Assembly: GCA_964016885.1 (NCBI GenBank)
Contig: OZ024741.1
Coordinates: 147,374,001 to 147,438,000, forward strand
Reading direction: 5' to 3'
DNA: 64,000 nucleotides
DNA from: Eledone cirrhosa
Taxonomy: Eukaryota
The notes below the pieces were generated by a model, which was not told where the DNA came from, searched no databases, and saw only the letters and a program-made list of their open reading frames with translations. This document shows positions 39,216 through 52,600 of the stretch, in pieces; the stretch's first letter is position 1, and each line of letters opens with the position of its first letter. The position numbers were made by a program, and so were the translations under genes.

Positions 39216-42200
39216 CTACAGCCGCATGACCAGAGTAAGCCCACTCACACGGGCCATTCTCGCCACATTCACCCACCTTTCAGCAAATGTACTGGGGGGC
39301 AACACTTTTCTCTCCACCCTCACCTTCCTTTCCAAGTGAAACTTGAAAAAGTTGATGAGGGATTGGCCGAAGAGAAAAGTGTCTGTCTTCAGTCCTTTCA
39401 ACCTCGTCCACCATACAACCTCTTTCGCTACTGCCACCAGACAGAGGAAAATTGCCTGCCCTTCCTGGCCAAAAGAAGGCGGCGGGTCGATCTTCACTAT
39501 GGACTCGGCCGATAGTCGGATCCGTTCTACACGCGACAATAGCTGTTCAACATAACTCCACAAGTCAGTAATGCACGGACACTGGACGAGTGCGTGCAGA
39601 ACGGTTTCGTCGCTCTGCGCGCATCACAGGCAGGTCCGTCTGACAGCACTTCCGTGCCTGTAGAGTTTATCTCGAACCGGTAGTGCCCCCCTGTAGCACT
39701 GCTAAGCGAAGGATTTTTGGAAATTATCCATCGTCCCCGGCTCGAAAGTCCTCCGGTACAGACTGGTTAGTTCGACTTCGTTGACTCCCAGAGCCTCTCC
39801 GAGTGCGTCGTCGCACTTGCCCACCACTAATCCTCTATAGAACTCGAGTGTGGAAGTTCCACTGACCGCATTGTCCGCCTGGTAGAGGGCAGTGAGTGCC
39901 TGGCAACATTCCAGATGCCAGTCACCCAGTCTTGGTCTCTTCTTGACCCAGGACTGCAACTCAGTCAAAGAAACGAGCTGAGGAAAGGCCCGTCTGACAA
40001 ACGGCGACCACACCTGTTCACCGTTTAGGCAGAATATCTGGAGATGCCGCAGCCTCAGCGCGTGCCTGCGCATCATTAGCCACGGCATGCCCAGCCCTCC
40101 ACGTAGAGGGTGCTGGCAGCAGATGAACAGCCTCACCAGCGGAACCTAACCCCTCCACAAGAATTTGAAGAGGAGCCGCTTCAAGATGGCGAGGCGCGAA
40201 TGGGGGCAAGGGACGACAGTCAGACGGTAGTAGATGACGGACGCGATGTACGCGTTCGCCACCTCCGCCCGACCTTTCAGTGATAGCTTCATCCCAGCCC
40301 ATTTCTGCGTGAGACTGACTACCCTGCCCGTCACCTCGTGCCAATTCTTATCCACCTGGAGGTCTGGCCCGAACCAAACCCCTAGCAACTTTACCGGTCC
40401 GTCCGTCCAGCGCCTAAAGACGCTGTTGGACGGCATGGACTTGCCTCTCCAGGTGCCGAGTTGCAAGCCCACTGACTTTTCCGGGTTAAGTTTTGCTCCC
40501 GTCAACCTTTCATATTCCTCCAATAAGTTGCCGACCACCTCGATTTCACAGGTGTCCGACACCATCACGGTGATGTCGTCCGCATAAGCTGACATAGCCT
40601 TTCCGCGTCCCGGTTCGAGCGGGATGCCCTGCAACAGCTCCAGCTTCCGCAGTAAAGGCTCGAGAGTCAATACGTACAGAAGGGAGGAGAGAGGGCACCC
40701 TTGACGGTCCGATCGGGAGACCTGAAACGGTTCCGAGAGGTGGCCATTAATTTTGACCATCGAACAGGTGCCGCTGTGCATTGCAGCGATCCAGCTTCTG
40801 AAGACGGGGCCGAAGCCAGCCGCCTTGAGGACAGCCTCCAGGTACCGATGGTCGACCCCATCGAATGCTTTCGATTGATCTAAATTGATCAGAGCCCCAC
40901 CGAAGCCAGGTTTACACCCTACCCTCTCTATGATGTATCGCATTAGGTGGAGGTTGTCGTGTATGGACCTGGTTGGGATTTCGCAAGTTTGCGCCTCTCC
41001 AACCAAATCCCCGACGACAAGCGCCAACCTCTTCGCTAACACCCTGGCAAAAATCTTAAACTCTGTGTTGAGCAGAGTTATGGGCCTGAAATTGTCTAAT
41101 GTGTCCCTCTTGTTCTCGTCTTTCCTTATCAGCGTCACTACGCCCCGGCTCACAGAACTGGGAATACTCCCGTTTTGCTGCCAGTTGCAGTAGAGGGCTT
41201 CGAGGACATTGGAGAAAAAGTCTGGTATATTTACGTAAAGCTCGTAGGGCAGACCATCCAAACCGGGTGACTTGCGCCTCATGCAGCCTACAAGGGCATC
41301 CTGAATCTCGGCTGAAGTAATTGGCCTTTCGCAGCGCCCAGCGTCAGCCGTCGAGAGTTGCGGCAAGCCATCGAGGTAGGGACTGAAGTCCGCCACCATC
41401 TCTGACCCACCACTTCCCCCGAACAACCGAGCAAAATGTTGGCGAAAGGCCTCACACATCCTCTTGGAATCGCTCAGCTCGTGCCCGTTTCGGTCCGTCA
41501 AAGACCGAATCGTGGTTTTATTACCACGCTGCGCCTCTGCCACGCGGGCCCATCGAACAGCTTTGGTTCCCTCGTTTCTCAGAGCACGCGCCTTAGCTCT
41601 GACAATGCAACCTTCGTGTTTCGCATTGAAGAAATGGTCTAATGCCATTCTCGCCGCTAGCACATCAGTTGCAATGCCACTACCAATAGCCTCGTCTAAC
41701 TTATCTACCAACTCCCCCTCCTTTCTATTTTTCTCTAATGCTACTTCTTTTCTAAACTCTATCGACATTACTCTAATCTCTGTTTTGAGAGCCCCCTACC
41801 ATCTATTGTTGACGACTCCCCCTGTCAACTTTTTCTTAACTAAATTGTTGACCTGGACCCTGTAAGCCTTACGTGCCGGAAATGACATGTTTAGCTTCCA
41901 GTAACCAGGTCCTAACCTACGCGTCTTATCTAGTGATCTGAATAGGCGACCGTTTCAAAACGTGGACAGCTTACACTATTTCTGTCTATTTTCCTAATGA
42001 ATATCCTGTCTATATACGATCTAGATGACCCTATGCGGTTAGCCCAGGTCCACACTGGCGCATTAGGGAAATCTAGTCGGTACCTGTCAGACAGTTGGAA
42101 CTGGCTGATCAGGTTCTTGAGGCTTTTGCACCCCCCGCTCCTATCGGATACTCCCACACAGTCCCAGCGTGCGTCTAAGATGCTGTTCCAGTCCCCCGCT

Positions 42201-42613
42201 AACAGTAAAGGGCGAGACGTACCCAGAAAGTCTTCCAGGCGTCTAAAGAAGTCCGGCCGTCCTGTCCCAGTAGGAGCATAGACGGCCACCAGTCTAAAGG
42301 CACCACCTTTATTATTGTTCACGTTCAGGACCACCAACTTCTCGTCCGGGTCCCGGAAGATGGACCTTACCTCGAGATCCAGGCCTTTCCTAAACAACAC
42401 TGCCACCCCGCCTCCCATTCCAGGCCGGCTAACAGATGCAAAGATCTGATAGTCGTCGAAAATGGGGGCTAGTGCGCGCGTGTCGGAAATCCTGGTCTCG
42501 CTGACTGCAATTACATCCATTTCTATAGACCTGAGGTCGTTGAGCAGGTGACCCTGCTTCCAGGACGATCCCAGGCCTCGAACATTTAAACATTCTACTC
42601 TTAATACGGCCAT
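39216..42613 (-). pseudogene. Tx1-like ORF2, disrupted
   Basis: ORFs 41930-42613, 40146-41768, 39702-40136 and 39216-39563. Confidence 0.92.
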
Positions 42614-42646
42614 GTTGGCAGGTTAAACAGAGAGAGAGAAGAAGGT

Positions 42647-44629
42647 TTACTTACCTTCCGGGCTCTTGTGAAGGTCGGGTTGTTCGACCTCCATAGTTAG
42701 TGGGGTTTCTTTTGGGAACCCCTTTAAAAGTATTGAAGTGGGTTTTACGTTCGGGGTTCCCACGTTCCGAGGAAAGCTGTCTCGTATTTCTTTGAATATG
42801 TCGAGCGACATTCGCACCAGAACCAAATCTTCCGGCACGCAAAATGTGCTCGATTTAAAAATTTCCCCCTCTTTTTGTATATTTTCAATTCGTGCTACGA
42901 GGGCCATCAGTTCCTTGTTGGCCCTCCTGACGAGCACGAAGTTTTGTATGTTTTGTTGGTGTGATTTTATTTGTTTGCGTGGCTGTGGTGGTGATGGTTT
43001 TGGTGGTGTTGTTTCGGTTGTATCTGTGTTTGTTGTGAGTGCGGTGTTTGTGGTTTCAGATGTGTGTGTGTATATTTGTTCTTGCGTCTGTTTCGGTTGT
43101 TTGCGTTTGGGGGATTCTGGTGATGGTGATGGTGGTGTTGATGTTGGTGTTATTGGAGAGATATTTGCGTGGGTGGTGTCTTCGTTTTTTATTGTTGGTG
43201 CTTTTGTACTTTGTTGAGTTTTTATTTTCTTTTTGTGTTTCCTTTTTTGTATTTTGGGGGATTTGGGATTCCCCTCATCTTCACTACTGGTAGAAGAGGG
43301 GTCTGTGTCTGTAAGTGTGTCTGTATGTATGTTTAAGGTTTTATTGGTGTGTGTATTTTTTTTTTGGGGGGGGGGAATTTGACAGCTTTCCTCGTTTCCC
43401 CCTGGGTGGTCAATGTTGGTGGTGGTCTTTCTATTGGTGTTGTTGTTGGTGGTTTTGCCGGTGCAGGTGTTGGTTGTGGTCCTCGCCCCGGCGTCGGCAG
43501 CACTGGAGCCTTTCGACCCCTTGCCTCTTTCAGCAGTTGAGGGCAGAAGGCTCGCAAATGGGTTTTTTTCCCACAAACAAAACACTGCGGCATTTTGCCT
43601 TCGGTCATAATGTGAATGACAGTCCCATTCTGAAGTCGGATGTGGTCTGGGATTGTCTTCACATTCTCGGGCCTGATCTGGAGAAGTATCTCCAGGTCAA
43701 CCCTGGACGAGTCCTTTCTGGTCGTTCTGGTCACTTCTATAGGGACTGTATCCGTCCCCTCCACAATCACACATCCCAGAAGCCACCACATGTCAAGTCC
43801 TAGTGGGATTCTGGGAATGCGGAGACGGGCCGTTCTTTTTCCCATGTGGGAGGGGTACATTATGACCTTGCTGGTTTTGCAAGGAGTCATGGCGTGTTTC
43901 ATCGCGAGGGCTTCTGACTTGAACAACACTGAAATGGTGCCGTACTGTCTGCCCCTCTCTATGTACTGGGTGTCTTCTCTGATGCACCTCAGCGCGACTT
44001 CGACATCTTCTTGTGGGATTAACGCTGCCCTTTTGGTTTGTGCTGAGATGCATCTATAATGCACCGTTTTGCGCTCCACTGCCTCAATAGCTTCTACCGG
44101 GACAGTTAAGTTCGCCCAAGTTTGCTCTTGCTTGATGAGCTTCCATGCCTGGGCCAACTTTTCATCTTTGTTTGAGAGGTCCATGTTGAAGCATGGCCTC
44201 TTTTTTGTTGCTGCCGCAGCGAAAGTGGTCTTGTTTTCGATGGGGGTGTTGTTGACGTTGTTCTTGTTGGTGTTGTTGTTAGCACTGTCGCTGTTATCAT
44301 TGTTGTCTTTGCTGCCACCGTTGTTCTCGGTTCAGTTGGTATTGTTGCTGTTGGTGTTGTCGCTATTTGTTTTCATGTTAGTGGTGTTGATATTGTTGTT
44401 GTATTTGTTATTTTTTTTTTTTTTGTTATCTGTATTTTCGTTATCGCTGTTACTGTCATTTTTTTTTCAAATTAGAGTTCTTATTGGTATCATTGGTGTC
44501 TTTGTTTACCTTGTTTGTGGTGGTGTTTGTGTTATCAATGTGTGTTAATTTCGCTGTAGCGCTCCTCTCAACTTCTACGTCGTTGTCGCCCGACAGCCGA
44601 CATATCGCTGGGCGGCGTGGCTCAGCCAT
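42647..44629 (-). pseudogene. Tx1-like ORF1, frameshifted
   Basis: ORFs 43333-44184 and 42647-43585. Start MAEPR is shared with copy D. Confidence 0.8.
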
Positions 44630-44854
44630 ATTTTTTTTTTCTTCGTAAATTTTTTAACATGTAAAAAAAAGTTGAAATATTTGGGCCAAAAAGGACCAAA
44701 TATTATACTTTCCCCTTCACTGGGCAAAGTCTAAGGGCTTATATCCCTTACACAACAAGAAATATTTAACAACAAATAATTTAAACAGGCAAATAAAGCG
44801 ACATACTGTGAGCGAGCAAAATACGTCCGCTTAGACCAATAATAATAATAATAA

Positions 44855-45176
44855 TACGAGAGTGCAAGAGAAGGAGAGGGAGAAAATTAACCGATACCAG
44901 GACTTAAAGTGGGAGGTAAAAAGGATTTGGAACTGCCATGAAGTCAAAGTGGTCCCGATTGTCATAAGCACACTAGGTACTATCTCAAAATGTTTCCAGG
45001 GATGGTTAAAGAAAATTGGCCCGCCACGCTTTTTGGAACGCTTCAAAAGGCATGCTTGCTGGGAACAGCAAGAACCCTCCGATACGTCCTGAATATCTGA
45101 GGCTGCGGGTAGTGGCTTGATATTCATTTCAACAAACTTTCCAGTTAACTAACATCGATGACTGAGAGTCAAAGAA
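44855..45176 (+). mobile_element. 5'-truncated 3' fragment of the R4/Dong element within (TAA)n
   Basis: Near-identical to 49300-49615. Confidence 0.92.
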
Positions 45177-45200
45177 TAATAAAAATAATAATAATAATAA

Positions 45201-45231
<31 letters not shown>

Positions 45232-46019
45232 AAGAAGAAGAAGAAGAAGAAGAAGAAGAAGAAGAAGAAGAAGAAGAAGAAGAAGAAGAAGAAGAAGAAG
45301 AAGAAGAAAACGCACATGGTGGATATATATCGTTATGTAATCGCGCCCGTAAGTTTTTGATTTTTACTTATTTAAAACAACTGTGATAGAATAATTCTTA
45401 TTACAAATGAAATATAAGATTACAGTTTTTTTACCCTCAGCAGGCGACAACGCATCACATTACGGCATTGGGCCCCAATATTTAATATTTAATTTTGGAT
45501 CAGAAATGTTATAGTCGAAAAAGAGAAAAATGGCTAAGTGGACAGACAGGCAAATAATTTCACCACCAACACCACCACCGCCACCATCACCACTACCACG
45601 CCAAAAACTCTAGTCAAGTTACCTCAACTTCTATTTCAACTTCAACACCATCACTCCCTTCTGCCAAGTACTACTAGCACATCACCACCACCACCTCATT
45701 ATCGCTACCGCCGCTATTCTCTCCCACTACCTCCTGCTAAGACAGGCATCATAGTACTCCCACTAAATGAGGAAGGCATCAAAAGATATAAATAGACTGA
45801 TTTCATGACCCGGTCAAAAACTCAAAAAATCAAAAATCAAAACAGCACAGCAGCAACGAAAAACGTAAAGAAAAGAAAAAAGAAAAGAAAAACAAACAGA
45901 CAGACAAGCAAAAAAACTAAGTCAGACATTCAAACATTACATTACAATGAAACTTATGCTTATTTGGGGGGGTTTTTACCTGTTTGTTTGTTTGTTTATT
46001 TATGTTCGTCTACAGCGTG

Positions 46020-49000
46020 ATAGTGCCATGCTAAAATCACCGAGGGTGATCAAATCACCGGAGGTGATGAAATCACCGGTGGTTATGTAACCATACATTC
46101 ACCAATCCTCGATAAGAGTGTTTCAATGTCGAACCTAAACAGTTCGAATAACGGTGAAGTGGAGACTGGAATGTCATGTGACAGACTCTCACAGCAGGTG
46201 CTCCATGGCTCAGCAGCAGGGACCTGGCTGTCAACCAAATACTGCTGGTGTCGGAGGAAGAAGAAGGAAAGGGACCAGAACCAACTGGACGAAAGAATTG
46301 AATAGAACTGTTATGCAATGTTACCTGAAGAGTAACCCCAAGGAAAAAGGTTATAGGAAAATGATGCATAACATCTGGAATGAGTTTGGTCTATTTAAAT
46401 TAGATGAACAAAAATTGGCCGGGCAGGCTCGGGTAATAAGAACTAATGGGTGGATAAGCGTGTTGGAACTGGAGGAACTGAGCAGAGAGATTAGGTTGGA
46501 AATGGAGAGTGGAGTATGCCAGGCAAACGATCCAGTGGGAAATGAAGGTGAAGAGGTTGAGAGAACGGAGGAACCATCCGAAGCAGACAATGATCTGAAT
46601 GCTGAAATAAATAATACCTGGAACAAAGATACGGCCATTGAGGAGATGAATGCTGACGGGCTAGGACAAGATTTGGTTGATATCCTAAACTTAGTGGTAG
46701 ATGAAATGAACAATGATAGTGGGAAACCTATGAACCTAAGCTTTGTAGACAGGAAAAAGTTAAAAGAAACAACAGCTAAGGTAAACAAAGTCATCCCATA
46801 CCTTGAGGCGAGGAGCCTTCACCAGTGCAACAATATCCTCAAAGCAACAGCAAATGCGGTGAGGAAATTACTTGGCATAAAAGCTAGAGGAAAAAACAAA
46901 CAAGAAAGATCAGAACATTGGTGGAAGAAACGACTGAATGGTCAAATCAGGGAAATGAGAAATGACATTGGAAAGCTTGAGTCCCTACTGAATGGGACAC
47001 TAAAAAACATAGACACTAAAAATAGACTGGAAATAAAGTACAAAACTAGGAGGAAAAGGCTAAATATTATCAAAGAGGAACTGAAGCAACACATTATAGC
47101 AAAGAGTGCAAAAATTAGGCGATACGAGAGCAGAGTCAGTCAGTATAGACAGAACCGCATGTTTGACAACAACCAGAAGATGTTGTTTGGACAGCTTGAA
47201 GGGAAAGAAAGAGGCAACGACTTGATCCCTGAGGCGGAACAAACTAAGACATTCTGGAGAGGAATATGGGAGCAGGATGTTAAACATAATGACCAGGCAG
47301 TGTGGATTGCGACAGTACAAAAGGAGGTTAGTGAACAGGCACACCAACAAACGGATTTGAGTATCACAGTTGAAACTCTTAAGGGGCAGGCCAAAAAACT
47401 AATCAACTGGAAATCACCAGGCCCAGATGGTGTGCAGGGATATTGGATTAAAAATGTAACATCCCTCCACCCGAAACTGACAACCATGTTCAATGACTGC
47501 TTGATGTCAGGTGAGGTACCAGAGTGGTTGACAAAAGGTACCACAGTTCTGGTAATGAAAGACCGAATCAAGGGTAATGATGTTACCAACTATAGACCTA
47601 TCATATGTCTGTCTGTAATGTGGAAACTGTTGACAAGCATTGTGTCTGAGGAAATCTACCATCACCTCCACACAAACAACTTGTTACCGGACGAACAGAA
47701 AGGATGCCGAAAGAAGTCCCGTGGTACAAAGGACCAGTTACTTATTGGTAAGATAGTAATGAGGAATTGCAAGAGGAGACACACTTGTCTTGCCATGGGA
47801 TGGATAGACTACAAAAAGGCATTCGACATGGTGCCTCTTTCTTGGATCACCAAAAGCCTGGAGATTTTCAAGGTGACAGATAACGTCAGACAGTTGTTGA
47901 GCAAAAGTATGAAGTTCTGGAAAACAGAGTTAACATCAACTGGAGAATCCTTGGGAGGCGTGAAGATCAAGAGAGGTATCTTCCAGGGAGATAGTCTGTC
48001 CCCTCTGTTGTTTGTCCTTGCCTAGATGCCCCTGACCATTATACTGCGAAAAGTGAGAGCAGGATACAAGTTGGGAAAAGGAGAGCTTACCATCAATCAC
48101 CTCCTCTTCATGGACGATCTTAAGCTCTTCGGGAAGAGTGAGAAGGAGTTGGATGTGCTTGTTGACACTGTCCGTATTTTCAGCAATGATATATGTATGC
48201 AATTTGGTATTAGTAAGTGTGGAGACCTAGTGATGAAGCGGGGTAAATTGAGCAGAAGCAACGGAATCCAGGTACCAACAGGTGAGATGATAAAGGAAAT
48301 TGACACTGAAGAAGGATACAAATATTTAGGTGTTCTGGAAGCAGATGACATCAAGAACAAAAAAATGAAGGAATTGATAAGATCTGAGTACATTCGGAGA
48401 GTAAGGAGCGTATTAAAATCACATCTGAACAGTAGCAATGCCATAAGTGCAGTAAATTCCCGAGATGTGTCTATTATTAGGTACAGTTCGGGAATTCTGA
48501 AAAGGAATGTTGCTGAACAAAAAGAAATGGATAGGAAGACTAGGAAGCTATTGACTATCTACAACATGTTCCACAAGAGGAGTGATGTCGATAGACTCTA
48601 CTTAAAGAGATCTGAAGGTGGAAGAGGTCTTATCAGCATAGAGGACTGTGTTCAGATGGAGAAAAACAACCTACACAAATACGTGACTGACAGTAGGGAG
48701 CCAATGCTCAGAATTGTACTGAAGGAGAGGACAATAGACCAGGGGATGTCCAAGGAGGAAATAACAACGAGGAGGAAGAGCAACCTTCATGAAAAATCCC
48801 TTCATAGTACCTTCTTTGAGAAAACGGAATTCAGAGATCCACAGATATGGAACAGGTTGAGAAGAGGAGACCTTATAAAGGCTACAGAAGGAATGCTAAT
48901 GGCTGCGCAAGAGCAGGCCCTCAAAACAAAGTGGCTGAAACACCATATTTACAGGGAGGAGGCTAGCCCACTGTGCAGGATCTATGGAGAGAGAGAGGAG

Positions 49001-49615
49001 ACTGTGGCTCACATTGTATCCGAGTGTAAACACCTAGCCCAGACTCACTATAAAGGCTGGAGACATGATGTGATGGGCAGGGTGATCCACTGGCACCTAT
49101 GCAAAGTAAACAATTTACCACATTCTGAGAAGTGGTATGAGCATAAGCCAGAGTCGGTGATAGAAAACGATCAGGTGAAGGTGCTGTGGGATTTTAGGAT
49201 ATAGATGGACAAGAAACTGGAACACAATAGACCTGACCTGGTGGTTTTGGACAAGGAAAAAAGATCGTGCCTGATTGTAGATGTAGCCTGCGCATTTGAC
49301 ACGAGAGTGCAAGAGGGAGAAAATTAACCGATACCAGGACTTAAAGTGGGAGGTAAAAAGGATTTGGAACTGCCATGAAGTCAATGTGGTCCCGATTGTC
49401 ATAGGCGCACTAGGTACTATCTCAAAGAGTTTCCAAGGATGGTTAAAGAAAATTAGTCCAGCCCCGTTTTTTGGAACACTTCAAAAGGCATGCTTGCTGG
49501 GAACAGCAAGAGCCCTCCGATACGTCCTGAATATCTGAGGCTGCAGGTAGTGGCTTGATATTCATTTCAACAAACTTTCCAGTTAAATAACATCAATGAC
49601 TGAGACTCAAAGAAC
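46020..49615 (+). mobile_element. R4/Dong-clade non-LTR retrotransposon (RT + restriction-like endonuclease), near full length
   Basis: One long disrupted reading frame, with the 3' end running into (AAT)n. Confidence 0.9.
46154..49538 (+). pseudogene. R4/Dong ORF with two TAG stops (48023, 49202) and an 8-nt deletion near 49313
   Basis: N-terminal RTNWT..EQKLAGQ, then WKSPGPDG, YRPI, EQKG, DYKKAFD, GIFQGDSLSP, FMDD, CRI..ETVAHIVSEC, RHD, RPDL..DVA and EKINRY. Confidence 0.9.
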
Positions 49616-49630
49616 AATAATAATAATAAT

Positions 49631-52600
49631 GGTTTCTTTATTGGCCACAAGAGCTAACACGGAGAAAAACATTAGAGACGGCACAGAACATTACAGGACG
49701 ACACAAGGTGGGTTTTGGTCGTGTAAACAGGTTCTAACAAAATTGGGCTAGAAATCAAAAACATTCAAACAACTAAAATTACCCAAGAAGGGGGAAATCT
49801 CCGAGGGTCACTCGTGGCGAAAACCACACAAAAAGGCCACAGCCACCCTGACCACCAGGGCAAGCGCCCTCTCTCACTTTCCCACTCCTCAGTCTACAGG
49901 CGCATACTCAGAGCGGACCCGTTCACTCGGACCAGACTCGCCACTTTCACCCACCTTTCAACAAACTTACTAGAAGGCAGCACTTGCTTCTCCACCCTGA
50001 TTTTCCTCTACAAGTGAAACTTGAAAAAGTTAATCAGGGATTGGCCGAAGAGGAAAGTGTCCGGCTTAAACCCTTTCAGCCATGTCCACCACACAATCTC
50101 TTTCGCCATGGCCACCAGGCAGATGAAAACTGCCTACCCGTCCTCCTCTTTAAAGTAGGATAGCGGGACTATCTGCACAATGGACTCAGTCGATAACCGG
50201 ATCCGTCCTACACGCGACAGCAGCTGTTCGACATAGCTCCACAAGTTAGCAATCCTCGGGCGCTGAACGGGTGCGTGCAGGACGGTTTCGCCGCCCTGCG
50301 CACATCTCGGACAGTCTCGGCTGACAGCACCTCCGTTCTTGTAGAGCTTATCCCGAACCGGCAACGCTCCACGGTAGCACTGCCAGGCCAGGGATTTCTG
50401 GAAGTTGTCCATAGGCACCGGTCTGAAAGTTCTCTTGAAGAGAGCGAACAGCTGATCGTCTTCGACGCCCATTGTCTCCCCGAGAACGTCGTCGCTCTTT
50501 CCCTCCACTAGCCCTCTATAGAACGCTGAGGTGGATGTTCCACCGATACTAGTGCCCTGCTGGTAGAGGGCGGTGAGGGCTTGGAGATATTTCAGCTTCC
50601 AAGCGCTATCCCTCGGTCTTTTCCTGATCTAGGACTACTGCTCCGTCAAGGAGACGGGCTGGGGAAAAGCGCGTCTGGCAAACGGCGACCACACCTGTTC
50701 ACCGTTAAGGAAGCACCAGAGATGTCGCAGCCTCAGCACATGTTTGCGCATCATCAGCCACGGCATGCCTAGTCCTCCACGCAACGGATGTTGACAGAAA
50801 ATGGATCGTCTGACCATGGGAGCACGTCCCTCCACAAAAAGCGGAAGAGAAGGCGCTCCATTTTGGTCAGAGTTGGGCGGGGGCAAGGTACGACGGTCAG
50901 GCGGTAGCAGATGACGGACGCTATGTACGCATTCGCCAATTCCGCCCGACCTTTCAGAGACAGCCTCCTCTCGGCCCATTTCTGGGTGAGAGAGGCCACC
51001 CTGCTCGTCACCTCGCTCCAGTTTTTCTCCATCTGGAGGTCCGGACCGAACCAGACCCCGAGCAATTTAACCGGTCTTTCCGTCCAGCGTCCCACGACAC
51101 TGTCGGACGGCATATACTTGCCTCCCCAGGTGGTGAGTTGCAAGCCCACCGACTTTTCCTGGTTGATCTTTGCTCCTGTCACCGCTTCGTATTCCTTGAG
51201 AGTGGTGCCGAGCATCCGGACGTGTTTTGTGCTCGACACCACCACGATGACGTCGTCAGCGTAAGGTGACACGGCTCTCCCGCATCCCAGTTTGCGTGGG
51301 ACCCCCCCCCCCTCCATCGTCTCCAATTTCTGCATTAACGGCTCGAGGGCCAGTACGTACAAGAGGGACCGAGATGGGGCAACTCTGGCGGACCGAGCGC
51401 ATGATTCTGAAAGGCTGCGACAGGTGACCATTCACCCTCACAATCGAGCAGATGTCGATGTGCATCGCAGCGTTCCAGCCCCGAAATACGGGCCCGAAGC
51501 CGGCCGCCTCGAGGACCGCAGCCAGGTATCGATGGTAGTCCCTATCAAATGCTTTAGATTGATCCAAGTTGATCAGGGCCCAATCCGTGCCAGGTTCCTT
51601 AACCGCCCTACCTATAATGTATCGCATGAGATGTAGGTTGTCGCGGATAGATCTGTCCGGAATAGCACATATCTGCGCCTCTTCCACCAGATCACCGACG
51701 ACAAGCGCCAATCTCTTTGCTAACACCTTGGCCAAAATCTTAAACTCTGCGTTTAGTAGAGTTATGGGCCTGAATTTGTCTATAACGTCCCTCTTGTTCA
51801 GGTCTTTTCTCAGCAGCGCCACCGCTCCCCGGCTCACAAAACTAAGAATGCTCCCGTTCTGGTGCCAGTTGCAGTAGACATCTGCCAAGAGGTCGCCAAA
51901 CAAGTCTGGCATAAATGCATAAAGCTCGTAGGGCAGACCATCCAAACCTGTTCGATTTACTCCTCGTGCAGTCAGACATCGGTTCCCGATCGGTTGCGAT
52001 GCCTGTCCTAAGCGCCTCTTCTAGCTTTCTAACTAACTCTCTCTCTACTCTATTTTCCTCTATTACTACACCTTTGCTAAACCTTATCGATTCTACTCTA
52101 ATAGCCACGACCACCTGTTGTTAACGATCGCACCCGTCAACGCACGCTTAACTAATTCGCTAATCCGGTCTCTGTAAGTTTTGCGCGCCGGGAACGACGT
52201 GTTCAGCTTCCAGTAGCCGGGCTCTTGCCTATGGAGTCAATCTAAGTCAACTTCACGGATCAACCTACACTAGCCTTATCTGTTTCCCTAAATACGATCT
52301 GGATGGCCCGATGCGGTTTGCCCATGTCCACATTGGCACATTCGGATAATCCAGTTTATACCTCTCAGACAGTTCAAAACGTCTGAGCAGGTTGTTGAGG
52401 CTTTTAAACCCCCGTGCCCTGTCTACTAGCCCCACATAATCCCAGCGTACCTAAGCGTATCTAAGATACCGTTCCAGTAGCCCACTAACACTAAAGAGCG
52501 TTCCAAGAAAGGTCTCTAGACGCCTGAAGAAATCTGGCCGCCCTGCCCCTGTTGGGGCATAGACGGCTACTAGCCTGAAAGCATTGTCTTCGCTGCCTGT

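Larger units (their letters stand above)
38941..44837 (-). mobile_element. Tx1-like LINE copy C, apparently full length, (TAA)n at both ends
   Basis: ORF1 runs from ATG 44629 to 42647 (CFVCGKKTHLRAFC). ORF2 runs 42613-39216. Confidence 0.93.

Noticed and set aside
48023-49204. TAG codons in the Dong ORF as programmed readthrough
   Set aside because: They fall inside conserved domains of a copy that also carries a deletion, so point mutation is simpler.
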